DNA of 64,000 bases from IMG/VR virus record IMGVR_UViG_3300032116_000088, positions 1 through 64,000 of that record, one strand, 5' to 3'. The first letter of the stretch is position 1. Every line of letters begins with the position of its first letter. The notes beneath the pieces are model-generated. The model did no database searches. It was not told the DNA's origin and saw only the letters and a program-made list of their open reading frames with translations. A program made the translations under genes and the position numbers. This DNA comes from a virus. Below are positions 36,493 to 46,694 of this stretch, piece by piece.

Positions 36493-38601
36493 ATGGCATT
36501 ATATAACAGTTTTAAATACAATGATGGAACACTTTATGGTGACGGAAGTCCCTTAGACTATTCCGCAAGTCCGGTAGTTGCTACAGCAATAAATTATGGC
36601 CAAGTCTCTTTGTCCTATTCGGTTCCTACTGGAGGGTATATAAAGTTTAGAATAGTTAGAAATCAAGATGGATATCCTGAGACTTCTGAAGATGGAAAAA
36701 TTATTTATGAAACTGATTTGGGAGAATATCCTACTGGAAGTACAATTTTAGATACAAATTTAGTTTTAGGTAGATTTGTTTACTACAGAGTTTGGATTCA
36801 AAGAACTGCAAATTCATATTGGGAGCCTGCCGGAGATGCAATAACTCTTATGCCTTTAAAACACACACTAACTAGCGGAAACAATGTAGTTAAAAGTGTA
36901 ACTGGGTCAAATGGAGTAACTTATGATAGCCCAATTGCTGATGACGTGGAGTTTTCTACTACACATAAACGATTTATGTCTTATTTTCCAGCTGTTTTAA
37001 CCAGTATGTCCTTGTCTCCTTTAGATGAAATAAATACAAATTACAGCTATATTGAACCAACAGGTTATCAAGAAAATTCTTTAATTTCTAGGTTTTTTGA
37101 AGGATTTTCTTTTAGTATAGATGAGTTTTTAACTTTTGCTAAAATAATTGTTCCTGATGTTAGTGGAGCAAACTCTTCTCCATCAATCATAGGCTTAAAA
37201 TCTTTTGAACTAGGAATCAAGCCTTATAATGAACTAGCGATTAAAGCTCAAAAAAGACTTGTAAGAGATGCTGTTGCTATTTACTCTAAAAAAGGAACTA
37301 TTGATGGTTTAACTTTATTTGTTAAAGATTTAACTGGTTATAAAACCCAAATTACAGAAACAACTAATCTTATGCTTTCCTATGAAGAAAGCACTTTTAA
37401 AATAGAGTCTTGGGATTCTGGTGACCCTATTGGAAGTTGGATAGCTGGAGATGGAGTAACCTTAGAGGTATCAACTAATACTCCTCCTAGTTTAACAAAT
37501 TCTTTAGACACTGTTTATTCTTTGAAGGCCGTGGCTACAGGGGCTTCGCAATATATTGCTTATGGAATAAATAAACCAATTACAGATGCAATTCCTGTTA
37601 TTCAAAATTCAAACTATTCCTTGTCTTTCTATTGCAAAGGTCCTAGTAATTTAACTATGACGATTACTTGGCATGATAGATTAGGTAATAGTATTTCTAC
37701 AAGTTCTAACTCGGCTACAGTTTCTAGCTCAGCCTTTCAAAGACACCAAGTACAAGCAAACTCTCCAACAGGAAGTGTGTACGCATCATTTAAATTAGAG
37801 TTTGCTTCGACTGGTTCAGCAACTTATTATTTTGATTCATTCCAGTTTGAACCTGCTATTCCAGCAACAGAATATTACGAACCTCGTGGAGTATTGGTCT
37901 CTCTTTTGCCTGATAAGATAAACTTTATTAAAAACCCTTCTTTTGAAGTTGATTCTGCTGGCGTTCCTATATCTTGGACATTTACTAATCTAACTGCTGT
38001 AAAAGTAGAGAGTAGCTTAGATGAAGCCCCAGGTTCAGAGCATATGGTTAAAATTACTACTCCAGGTTCTTTTCCCTCTGGACAGGGTGTGATAAGTTCA
38101 ACTTACACTGGGACTGCTCCAACATCCAACTTTTATACTTTTTCTGTATATGCCAGAAGTTTAACTGGAGACCAAGTAGTTACTTTAGAGTTGAATGCTA
38201 ATAGTGTGCCTTCAAACGTGTTTAGTTACGCTGAGGCAACGCTAACTTCTGAATGGCAAAGGATTTCTGTTTCAATATACTCCCCAAATATTCCTGGACA
38301 ACTAGTTGCTAAAATTAAAACTCTAGTTCCAAATGCTGTTTTTTACTTAGATTCTGCTCAGTTAGAGGAAGGCTCATCTGCAACAGACTATTTTGATGGA
38401 GATAGGACGTACGATGGAAGTGTTTGGTTTGATACGGCCAATCCTGGAGCCTCTATATCTGGACATTATTCAAATAGAGACCAAAGAATTGCTCATTTAA
38501 TGGACTCTATTAAAGAGTACCTTCCTGTAGGAACTCCATATTATGTTACTTTTTATGGTAGCGATACATATACAGAAGTTGCGTTATCTGGAATTGCATA
38601 G
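36493..38601 (+). CDS. Baseplate/tail protein (P2 gpI-like region + two carbohydrate-binding-like domains)
   Basis: YSKKGTIDGL; NFIKNPSFE; YFDSFQFE and FYLDSAQLEEG. Confidence 0.7.
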   Translation: MALYNSFKYNDGTLYGDGSPLDYSASPVVATAINYGQVSLSYSVPTGGYIKFRIVRNQDGYPETSEDGKIIYETDLGEYPTGSTILDTNLVLGRFVYYRVWIQRTANSYWEPAGDAITLMPLKHTLTSGNNVVKSVTGSNGVTYDSPIADDVEFSTTHKRFMSYFPAVLTSMSLSPLDEINTNYSYIEPTGYQENSLISRFFEGFSFSIDEFLTFAKIIVPDVSGANSSPSIIGLKSFELGIKPYNELAIKAQKRLVRDAVAIYSKKGTIDGLTLFVKDLTGYKTQITETTNLMLSYEESTFKIESWDSGDPIGSWIAGDGVTLEVSTNTPPSLTNSLDTVYSLKAVATGASQYIAYGINKPITDAIPVIQNSNYSLSFYCKGPSNLTMTITWHDRLGNSISTSSNSATVSSSAFQRHQVQANSPTGSVYASFKLEFASTGSATYYFDSFQFEPAIPATEYYEPRGVLVSLLPDKINFIKNPSFEVDSAGVPISWTFTNLTAVKVESSLDEAPGSEHMVKITTPGSFPSGQGVISSTYTGTAPTSNFYTFSVYARSLTGDQVVTLELNANSVPSNVFSYAEATLTSEWQRISVSIYSPNIPGQLVAKIKTLVPNAVFYLDSAQLEEGSSATDYFDGDRTYDGSVWFDTANPGASISGHYSNRDQRIAHLMDSIKEYLPVGTPYYVTFYGSDTYTEVALSGIA

Positions 38602-38613
38602 TAATATGTAGTT

Positions 38614-38868
38614 ATGGATACTTTAATTACAGTTATTATTGTGGGTATGGCTACTGGTTATATCCTTGAATTTATTGGTTCTTTTCTTAAAAGCGATAGA
38701 TGGCTAAAGCTGGTTTTAACTTTGCCACTATCCTCTACGCTAGTTTGGATAACAGGGGTTTCTGGACTTATGATTGGCGTTGTTGGATTGGCTTCAGCGT
38801 TTTTTGCTCTTTCTATTTTGCATTTATTAAATAAGTCTGTTACTATTAACACCATAACCCGTCGTTAA
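38614..38868 (+). CDS. Small multi-pass membrane protein; possibly leaderless
   Basis: Hydrophobic helices; TAATAT 6 nt before the ATG and no SD. Confidence 0.6.
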   Translation: MDTLITVIIVGMATGYILEFIGSFLKSDRWLKLVLTLPLSSTLVWITGVSGLMIGVVGLASAFFALSILHLLNKSVTINTITRR

Positions 38869-38875
38869 TAGGAGA

Positions 38876-39406
38876 ATGGTGAATAAATGGAGTGACGATG
38901 ATGATAATTTAATGGGATTTGGATTACTTGATGGTGAAGTTTCTGGCCAAAAATCTAAACCAACAGTAAAAAAGAACCCTAAAACTCGTCATCAGAGGGC
39001 GAAAGAAGAATGGACTCCTGCAGATGTTGCAGCTGAGTTTAGTTGGCGTATCTACGACAAGGTTCGTGGTATACCAAATATGATAAATACCAAAACTCTT
39101 ACTATTCTACTGGCTAAGAATCGTAGAGATTTTGGTATTACTGCAGTTACTGAACTTGAATTACTTGACAAATTTATAGGTGATGAAAGAAACTTAATAG
39201 CAGTTAAAAGACAACCAAGTAAGACTATTAATATCTTTATGGTATTTATAACTAATAATGTCAATAAGATAAGTCAAACTAGTCAGGTAGTCATTGAAGA
39301 AGAAAATAGTAATTTAATAGCTAGTGATGGTAAAACATTTGACAATACTATCATTGGTAGGGCAGCATTAGAACGTTATGAGTCTAAGTTAGGAGGACAA
39401 AAATGA
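38876..39406 (+). CDS. Hypothetical protein, possible replication initiator-related
   Basis: Directly upstream of and overlapping the DnaC-like gene. Confidence 0.5.
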   Translation: MVNKWSDDDDNLMGFGLLDGEVSGQKSKPTVKKNPKTRHQRAKEEWTPADVAAEFSWRIYDKVRGIPNMINTKTLTILLAKNRRDFGITAVTELELLDKFIGDERNLIAVKRQPSKTINIFMVFITNNVNKISQTSQVVIEEENSNLIASDGKTFDNTIIGRAALERYESKLGGQK

Positions 39407-40137
39407 CATATGACATTTCACAATTAGACCCAATCAAGAGGCACTGGCTTCTTCGTGGGGCAAACATTCCTAGGAGGTTTATTGGCCTTGAACCTCAGGA
39501 CATTATTCACACAACAGGCGAGTTTCCAGAAGAGATTGACATCTGGCTAGAACAAGTTTTTGAGGGCAAGGTTATCAAACAAATTGGTGGTCTAGGTATG
39601 ACTGGTGTTGGTCTACTATTTGACGGTGGTCCAGGACTTGGAAAGACTACTCATGCTGTTGTTGCTCTTATGGAACTTATTCGTAATCTACCAGTTAATG
39701 AAGATGAGGCCAGGGAGGTTCTTGCTATGAGTCCAGAAACTTTTGGTATGCAATCTCGTCCTATTTATTACATGACTTTTCCTGAGTTTCTTAGCAGGAA
39801 AAAAGCAATCATCGATGCCGAAGGTGAGCTGCGTAAGGACCTTTATCGTGAGATGGAGGGTTTCCATGGCCGTGCAAAAGAGGACTACTTAAACGTTCGT
39901 GTTTTGGTTCTTGACGACCTTGGAAAAGAGTACGGTTCAACTTACAATGACAGCTCATTTGACGAAATACTTCGTTCCCGCTACGATAAAGCATTGCCAA
40001 CAATTATTACCACTAATGTGAAGCGTGAAGACTGGACAGCACAGTATGGGGCAGCAATGGGCAGTTTTGCTCATGAAGCATTTACTCGTGTTCGTATTGA
40101 CGGTCAAGACCTTCGTAAAACCAAGAAAGGAAAATAA
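39403..40137 (+). CDS. DnaC/IstB-like AAA+ helicase loader
   Basis: GGPGLGKT, LVLDDLGKE, RYDKALPTIITTN. Confidence 0.88.
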   Translation: MTYDISQLDPIKRHWLLRGANIPRRFIGLEPQDIIHTTGEFPEEIDIWLEQVFEGKVIKQIGGLGMTGVGLLFDGGPGLGKTTHAVVALMELIRNLPVNEDEAREVLAMSPETFGMQSRPIYYMTFPEFLSRKKAIIDAEGELRKDLYREMEGFHGRAKEDYLNVRVLVLDDLGKEYGSTYNDSSFDEILRSRYDKALPTIITTNVKREDWTAQYGAAMGSFAHEAFTRVRIDGQDLRKTKKGK

Positions 40138-40138
40138 A

Positions 40139-40438
40139 ATGACTAAAGAATGGCGCACTGTACAAATATTTCTAGAACCAACTAGTTTCAAAATCTATGA
40201 GGTTGAACTCGACACTGCCTCATCTACAAATATTCGTTGTAACTGTTCAATTTTTGTTGAAAACAGGACCTGTAAACATTCAAGATATGTTCAAAATCAT
40301 ATGAAGAAAAACAATGGACACTATGCTATTCAGATTTCTAGCAGTGTAACTGATACAGATGTTCTAGAAGCTATGCAAAATCCAGACACATTCAGGTATT
40401 TTGTAATTAAGAATGCAAAAATAGAGGTTCTACACTAA
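40139..40438 (+). CDS. SWIM zinc-finger protein
   Basis: CNC...CKH. Confidence 0.7.
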   Translation: MTKEWRTVQIFLEPTSFKIYEVELDTASSTNIRCNCSIFVENRTCKHSRYVQNHMKKNNGHYAIQISSSVTDTDVLEAMQNPDTFRYFVIKNAKIEVLH

Positions 40439-40857
40439 TGAAGGGCGGAGACATTTCAAATGAAACTCCGCCACGCATTATAGTTTTAATTAATGTTGTT
40501 GGAGAGATTGAGTCTGTTAAAGTTAAAAAGAACTTTCTACAACAAGAATCAAAACAAGTAATTAAAAAACTTGATTTACGTTCTCTTTCTCATTTGTGGA
40601 ATTTAGCGAATAAATACGGATTAGCTGTTGAGCTGGCTGCATTTGAGGATGAGGGATGGTCCCAAGAAGACTTAGATAAATTAATGGAGTCTTTAGAGCG
40701 TCGTATATCAAATCCTTTTAATTACGCTGAGGTGTACACTGATGTCGATGAGTTCATCTCTTTACTCCCATACAGGGCAAATCTAAAAGGCGTAGTAGAT
40801 ATTCCAGGAAGAGTTGCAATGTATGGGTCCTGGGGCTTAGAATTAAATAACTTATAG
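40438..40857 (+). CDS. Hypothetical protein
   Basis: TAATG-coupled ORF in the replication module. Confidence 0.65.
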   Translation: MKGGDISNETPPRIIVLINVVGEIESVKVKKNFLQQESKQVIKKLDLRSLSHLWNLANKYGLAVELAAFEDEGWSQEDLDKLMESLERRISNPFNYAEVYTDVDEFISLLPYRANLKGVVDIPGRVAMYGSWGLELNNL

Positions 40858-40867
40858 GAGGCAAAAA

Positions 40868-42121
40868 ATGGCAGCAGATAACGAATACCGTTTAGTCAGC
40901 AAGGTTATTCTTGACCGCAATATTATTCCAGTATTGGAACGCGGTATCAAAGATGACTGGATTGTTGATGATGATTTACGTCGTGTATGGAAGTTTGTTC
41001 GTGAACACTACGCTAATTATCGTGAAGTTCCGACAGCCGTAGCGGTAAACGATAACTTTCCAAATTTTAAAACACTCAAAGTCGAAGACTCTCTCGATTA
41101 TCTTATTGATAAGATGGTTGAGTTTCGCCGTCGCACTTTAACTAGGAACAGCGTAGAAGACGTGGTTCTTGCTTTAAACAGTAATGACCATGAAGGTGCT
41201 TTAGCAGAGATGTCTCGTGCAATTACTATTGTAAATGAACAAGGTATCATCGGTACTACTCACGTTGATTTGAGCAAAGACCCTGACCGTCGTTGGGAAG
41301 AGTACGAGAATCTTATGAATGCCAAAATGCTTGGTGTTCCTACCGGATTCGCAAAGATTGATGAGGCTACAGCTGGATTACAGGGCGGTCAGTTGATTAC
41401 TGTTATTGCTCCACCAAAGACCGGTAAGTCGCAGATAGCACTTCAGATGGCTATCAATGTTCATTCTGCAGGATTAGTTCCTATGTTCCAGTCGTTTGAG
41501 ATGAGTAACCGTGAACAGTCTCAACGTCACGATGCGATGCGTGCACATATTTCTGCTGGTCGTTTTCGTCGTGGTAAACTAAACACGTCAGAAGAAGACC
41601 GTTTAATTAAACTTTATGACGAAATGAAGACTGAGCATCCATTTCATTTGGTTGATGCTGTGAATGGTTTGACAGTTGATTCGCTGGTCGCAAAAGCGGA
41701 GCAGCTCAAGCCGGACGTACTTTTTGTGGATGGTGTTTATTTGATGATGGACCAGGTGACTGGTGATGCAAACACTCCTCAGGCTTTGACTAATATTACT
41801 CGTGCTTTGAAGCGTGTGGCTCAGAAGTTGGATATTCCGGTTATTATTACAACACAAACATTGTTGTGGAAGATGAAGGGTGGCAAGGTTTCTGCTGATT
41901 CTATTGGTTACTCGTCTTCGTTCTTCCAGGATTCGGATGTTATTTTGGGTTTGGAGCCGGTTGAGGCGGATGATGAGATTCGTTTGTTGAAGGTTGTTCA
42001 GGCCCGTAACTGTCCTCCATCGGAGACCTCTATTACTTGGAAGTGGGATACTGGTTGTTTCCATGATGAGACTGCTGCTGGTTCTTGCAAGTTTTGTACT
42101 CCTTGGTCAGGTAAGTTCTAA
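40868..42121 (+). CDS. dnaB: Replicative DnaB-like helicase
   Basis: GVPTGF..ID, APPKTGKS, SFEMS, FVDGVYLM, QDSDVILGL. Confidence 0.92.
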   Translation: MAADNEYRLVSKVILDRNIIPVLERGIKDDWIVDDDLRRVWKFVREHYANYREVPTAVAVNDNFPNFKTLKVEDSLDYLIDKMVEFRRRTLTRNSVEDVVLALNSNDHEGALAEMSRAITIVNEQGIIGTTHVDLSKDPDRRWEEYENLMNAKMLGVPTGFAKIDEATAGLQGGQLITVIAPPKTGKSQIALQMAINVHSAGLVPMFQSFEMSNREQSQRHDAMRAHISAGRFRRGKLNTSEEDRLIKLYDEMKTEHPFHLVDAVNGLTVDSLVAKAEQLKPDVLFVDGVYLMMDQVTGDANTPQALTNITRALKRVAQKLDIPVIITTQTLLWKMKGGKVSADSIGYSSSFFQDSDVILGLEPVEADDEIRLLKVVQARNCPPSETSITWKWDTGCFHDETAAGSCKFCTPWSGKF

Positions 42122-43116
42122 TGCTTGTTGATATCCCGTTAGTTCTGGATGCGCTTGGCATTCAGTACGATGAGCGTGGTGTTGAGGCACACGCGTTGTG
42201 CCCTATGCATCACGTTCGTACTGGTCGTTCAGATAACTCTCCGTCTTGGTGGATTAACACTGAGACGGGTATGCACATTTGTTTTTCATGTGGATATAAG
42301 GGTAACCTGTTTCAGCTAGTTTGTGATATTAATGAATTTTATAAAGAGGTCTGGGGCACCGCATCTGAGTATGATTATGTTGCTGCTAGGATATGGCTGT
42401 CTCAGGTTTCTGAAATTCCTGCTGAAAAGCTTTTGGAGATGGTCCAGGCTTTGCCTAATCGTATTGAGGCTATTCCTAAGCCTATTCCGATGTCTGAGGC
42501 TAGGTTGGCTATTTTTGTTTCTCCTCCTGTTGAGGAGTTAGCTAAAAGGAATATCTCTGTTGATGCCGCTAAGCAGTACGGTATTTTGTGGGATGCAAAT
42601 AAATCAAATTGGATTCTTCCGTTGCGTGAGTCTGAAGAACTGAAACTGCTTGGTTGGCAGGAGAAGGGTACTGTACACCGCACGTTCTTTAACCGTCCCA
42701 CTGGCCTTCAAAAATCAAAAACATTATTTGGAATAGGAAATCAAAATGAAGAAGTTGTTGTGGTTGTTGAGTCTCCCCTTGATTGTGCTCGGCTTGCTAC
42801 TGCTGGAGTTATGGGAGCGGTTGCTATTTGTGGGTCGTCTATATCAGAGGAGCAAGTAAAGCTACTGCGTAGGTCAGATAAGATTATCGCTGCTTTTGAT
42901 AACGACCCTGCAGGACGCAAGGCGTCTGAGGAGCTGAGGAAGTTGGCTCGTAAATACGGTTTAAATCTGTTCTTTTTCAGCTATCCTAGTAATGGAGCAA
43001 AAGACCCAGGTGATTTAACGGATGACGAGATTGCGTGGGGCATTGCCAACGCTAAATCGTCAATACTTGGAGAATCTGCTTATGTTCAAAGGGACACTGA
43101 AACCGTATCAAGTTGA
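42121..43116 (+). CDS. DNA primase (zinc finger + TOPRIM)
   Basis: CPMH...CFSC; VVESPLD; FDNDPAG; KDPGD. Confidence 0.9.
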   Translation: MLVDIPLVLDALGIQYDERGVEAHALCPMHHVRTGRSDNSPSWWINTETGMHICFSCGYKGNLFQLVCDINEFYKEVWGTASEYDYVAARIWLSQVSEIPAEKLLEMVQALPNRIEAIPKPIPMSEARLAIFVSPPVEELAKRNISVDAAKQYGILWDANKSNWILPLRESEELKLLGWQEKGTVHRTFFNRPTGLQKSKTLFGIGNQNEEVVVVVESPLDCARLATAGVMGAVAICGSSISEEQVKLLRRSDKIIAAFDNDPAGRKASEELRKLARKYGLNLFFFSYPSNGAKDPGDLTDDEIAWGIANAKSSILGESAYVQRDTETVSS

Positions 43117-44632
43117 TGCTGTCGCCAAAATGGTCGCATCTAAGAAGATGCTTGTAGCCTATGAAATGGGTTTAGGTAAAACACCAATGACCATCGCTGC
43201 ATTAGAGCAGCTTAATCCAAACAAAATTTTAGTGCTTTGTTTAGCCAGTTTAAAATATCAATGGCAAAAAGAAATAGAAAAGTTTAGTGATTCCACTGCA
43301 ATTGTTATTGATGGAACTCCGTCTCAACGATTTAAGCAGTATGCGGATGCTGAAAATTATAAATATGTAATTATGAATTATGAGCAGGTAGTAAATGACT
43401 GGGATACTATTAAGGCTTTTGATTTTAGTGCTGTGGTCTGTGATGAGGCGACCGCTATTAAAGGATTTCGAGCCAAGCGAGCTAAGAAAGTTAAAGATTT
43501 ATCCAAAAACATTCCCGTAAGATTCGCTTTAACTGGTACTCCAATTGAAAACGGTAAGCCAGAAGAAATATATTCTATTATGCAGTTTGTTGACTCAAAA
43601 GTTTTAGGGCGATTTGATTTATTTGATAGAACGTTTATTGTTCGAAATCATTTTGGCGGAGTTCAACGTTACCGAAATCTGCCTACATTACATGAGATTA
43701 TGAAGAAGCATTCTGTTCGTAAGTCTCAAAAAGACGACGATGTTAAACCATTTCTTCCTGATGCAGTATATAGGCAACCCTTATTAGTTCCTATGGATTC
43801 TTACTCATCAAAAGTTTACGCTCATGTAGCTAAGGATTTGTATGGACTATTATTAGACGCACGTGAGATGTTTGGTTCTAGTTTTAATTTAGCCGCTCAT
43901 TATGGTCAATCGTATCAGCCAGGAGACCCAGCTAATGAACTGCGGGGGCAAATTATGTCTAGAATTACAGCTTTAAGAATGCTTTGTTCTTCTCCTAATT
44001 CTTTACTTAAAAGTGCTGTAAATTTTGAAGAAGGTAATGGAGGAAGCTCTTACATACATTCTTTAGGAGAACTGCTAACGGGTTTGACACGAAATAATAA
44101 GTTAGACTATACTATTACCTATCTTAAAGAGCATTTAAATATTGATGAATCATATAAAGCTGTAGTTTTTTCCTCTTATTTAGATTCTGTAGATAATATT
44201 GTAAAAGAACTTGCTAAAAACAACATAAAAGCTGTAAAATATACAGGAGAGATGAATGCTAAACAAAAAGAAGAAGCCAAAGTCTCCTTTCAAGGAGGAG
44301 CTGATATTCGCGTTTTGGTTAGCTCTGACGCTGGTGGTTATGGCGTGGATTTACCTCAAGCTAATCTCCTCTTAAACTATGACCAGCCCTGGAGTTCCGG
44401 TCTTGCCGTTCAAAGAAATGGTAGAATAAATAGGACTTCAAGCGACTGGACAACCATTACAATTCAAGATATACTAATGAAAGATTCTATTGAGCAACGT
44501 CAGTACGAGATGCTCAAGCAGAAAGGCAACGTTGCGGGAGCAATTCTAGACGGGGCAAATATCAACTCCAAGGGAGGGGTTGACTTAACAGTTGGAAGTC
44601 TGATAAACTTCTTAACAAACAACTTGCTGTAG
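43082..44632 (+). CDS. SNF2-family helicase
   Basis: LKPYQ, EMGLGKT, DEAT, LTGTPIEN, QRNGRINR; start refined to ATG 43082. Confidence 0.9.
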   Translation: MFKGTLKPYQVDAVAKMVASKKMLVAYEMGLGKTPMTIAALEQLNPNKILVLCLASLKYQWQKEIEKFSDSTAIVIDGTPSQRFKQYADAENYKYVIMNYEQVVNDWDTIKAFDFSAVVCDEATAIKGFRAKRAKKVKDLSKNIPVRFALTGTPIENGKPEEIYSIMQFVDSKVLGRFDLFDRTFIVRNHFGGVQRYRNLPTLHEIMKKHSVRKSQKDDDVKPFLPDAVYRQPLLVPMDSYSSKVYAHVAKDLYGLLLDAREMFGSSFNLAAHYGQSYQPGDPANELRGQIMSRITALRMLCSSPNSLLKSAVNFEEGNGGSSYIHSLGELLTGLTRNNKLDYTITYLKEHLNIDESYKAVVFSSYLDSVDNIVKELAKNNIKAVKYTGEMNAKQKEEAKVSFQGGADIRVLVSSDAGGYGVDLPQANLLLNYDQPWSSGLAVQRNGRINRTSSDWTTITIQDILMKDSIEQRQYEMLKQKGNVAGAILDGANINSKGGVDLTVGSLINFLTNNLL

Positions 44633-44641
44633 GAGGCAAAA

Positions 44642-45082
44642 ATGGCAAATCTAATTCCCGAAGAAGGGCGCGTATCCAATCCTGATGATTTTGAATCCCA
44701 GGTTCGTGAATACATTAAAATCAAAAACTCAATGGAAATCTTTGAGGCTCGTCAAAAAGAACTACGTGAGAAGCTGTTTTCAGTTTTAGACACTGATGGT
44801 CTTGAAGATGAAAAGGGTAACCTACAATTCGAACTAGAACAGGCTGTTGATGGCATTGTTCGTATTGAAAAACAACGTCGCTCATCTAGAAAAATTGATG
44901 AGTTCCGTGCAGATGAAATAATCGCAGAGCTTGGACTTGAAAATGACGTCTATGAAATGAAGCGTGTTATTAATGAAGATGCACTAATGGCCGCATACTA
45001 TGAGGACAAAATTACTGAACAACAACTTGATGAAATGTTCCCTGTAACTGTTACTTGGGCGCTTCGCACACTAAAGAAGTAG
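44642..45082 (+). CDS. Hypothetical protein (N-terminal coiled coil)
   Basis: Strong SD AGGAGG. Confidence 0.7.
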   Translation: MANLIPEEGRVSNPDDFESQVREYIKIKNSMEIFEARQKELREKLFSVLDTDGLEDEKGNLQFELEQAVDGIVRIEKQRRSSRKIDEFRADEIIAELGLENDVYEMKRVINEDALMAAYYEDKITEQQLDEMFPVTVTWALRTLKK

Positions 45083-45086
45083 ATTA

Positions 45087-45485
45087 ATGAAAAAACTATT
45101 TGCAGTAGCAGGAACCGCCCTGCTGATGATTGGACTAGCTAGCTGTTCTAGTAACAACTCTGCTACATCATCACCAACGTATACAGCAACGTCGGAGCCA
45201 ACTCCTACGTATACCCCAGAACCAACGTACAGCGTAGATGAAATTTATGTTGCAGCTATTCGCAACCAATACCCCTACTACGCAAGCTTGTATAGCGATT
45301 CAGAACTAATTAATATCGGAAAAACTGGTTGCCAGTACTTTTCTGAAGGAGGAACATTTGAAGAGCTTGCGTACTATTTAGTTTCAACAATTGATGCTGA
45401 CGAAGAAGCCTTTGGTTTCATGGGCTTTGTAATTGGCGCAGGCGTTTCCTCTTATTGTCCACAATATAAGTACTTGTTAAGCTAA
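45087..45485 (+). CDS. Lipoprotein, DUF732-like
   Basis: Signal peptide with lipobox LASC; TP linker; DE.Y...L...G...C...A...YCP. Confidence 0.75.
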   Translation: MKKLFAVAGTALLMIGLASCSSNNSATSSPTYTATSEPTPTYTPEPTYSVDEIYVAAIRNQYPYYASLYSDSELINIGKTGCQYFSEGGTFEELAYYLVSTIDADEEAFGFMGFVIGAGVSSYCPQYKYLLS

Positions 45486-45489
45486 ACCA

Positions 45490-45960
45490 ATGCCAGGACT
45501 ACGTAGCGACGCCGAGATTCTCAAAGCATTTGAGGGTCTAGACAAAGCACCCGGTTCTAAAAAAGAACGCCGTAAACCATCTGAATTATCAGAAAAACGT
45601 CGTAAACAAGCTTCCGGAGAATCAAATGGTTGGGATGCTAACCCAATTATTAAAAATTTAAAGGGAGTAGAAACAGAAGTTTTTACCATCAAAGCTCTTG
45701 CGGATGCACTAGAAAAGCAAGTGGTTACAATCCGCTTATGGGAGAAAAAAGGTTATATACCAATTGCCCCATATCGCTTGCGTTCCAAGAGCCTTAATGG
45801 TAAAAAGGTAAATGGGAATCGCGTTTATACTCGTGAGTTAATCGAGATTGCCATCGAGGAGTTTGCAAAACGCAATCTTCTCGGTACCGCTCGTGTAGAG
45901 TGGAAAAAATTGCATGATTTGACCGAAGTACTTGTGCAACGGTGGAAAGATGCATTATAA
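45490..45960 (+). CDS. MerR-like HTH DNA-binding protein
   Basis: FTIKALADAL...TIRLWEKKGYIP...R.YT. Confidence 0.8.
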   Translation: MPGLRSDAEILKAFEGLDKAPGSKKERRKPSELSEKRRKQASGESNGWDANPIIKNLKGVETEVFTIKALADALEKQVVTIRLWEKKGYIPIAPYRLRSKSLNGKKVNGNRVYTRELIEIAIEEFAKRNLLGTARVEWKKLHDLTEVLVQRWKDAL

Positions 45961-46028
45961 TAAATAAGTAGGCAGATGCCTCAAACAAAAAAGTAGTCGA
46001 AAGACTCAAGACTAAGGAAATATACATT

Positions 46029-46685
46029 ATGAATTACACACCAACAGTTAATGCAGATGACTATCTAGCAGAAGACACCGTTGACAATGCTGCAAAGCAC
46101 GGTACCACCGTTCAGTCTGGATGGGGAGCTGCTGCTTCAGCATTAAAGCCAAAGCGTGAGGCTGGAGATTATCCAACCGATTTCCGCTTTAGCGAGCAGG
46201 CACAACTTATCCGCTTTATGCAGGATGAGCCATTCGCAGTTTACGAATTGCACTGGATTGATGCCATCAAGGAAGGCCGTCGTTCGTTTGTTTGCCTAGG
46301 TGATGATTGCCCATTGTGCACTATCGCAGGAGATAAGCCTCGCCCTAAGTTTGCCTTCAACATCATCGTTCTCTCCGATGGTGAGCCTAATGTACAAATC
46401 ATGACTGCACCTCCGTCATTCGCTCGTCAGCTTCAGGCTGCAAATGATGACCCTCGTCGCGGTCCACTGACCAAGTATTACTGGGCTGTTTCTCGCACTG
46501 GCTCAGGTAACACTACCCAGTACACATTAGACCGTGTACGTGGTACTGACCTGGCAGACGAGTGGGAGTTGGATGAAGAAAGTATTAATACTTTCGCTAC
46601 ATCGGCAGTAGCATATGACAAGAGCGCAGTCTACGTGAGCCCCCGCGAAGACTTATTGAAGGTCGCTCGCCAACTCATTTCCTAA
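46029..46685 (+). CDS. Single-stranded DNA-binding protein (gp32-like, zinc-binding)
   Basis: HW...FVCLGDDCPLC; before DNA polymerase. Confidence 0.7.
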   Translation: MNYTPTVNADDYLAEDTVDNAAKHGTTVQSGWGAAASALKPKREAGDYPTDFRFSEQAQLIRFMQDEPFAVYELHWIDAIKEGRRSFVCLGDDCPLCTIAGDKPRPKFAFNIIVLSDGEPNVQIMTAPPSFARQLQAANDDPRRGPLTKYYWAVSRTGSGNTTQYTLDRVRGTDLADEWELDEESINTFATSAVAYDKSAVYVSPREDLLKVARQLIS

Positions 46686-46694
46686 CCACTCATT

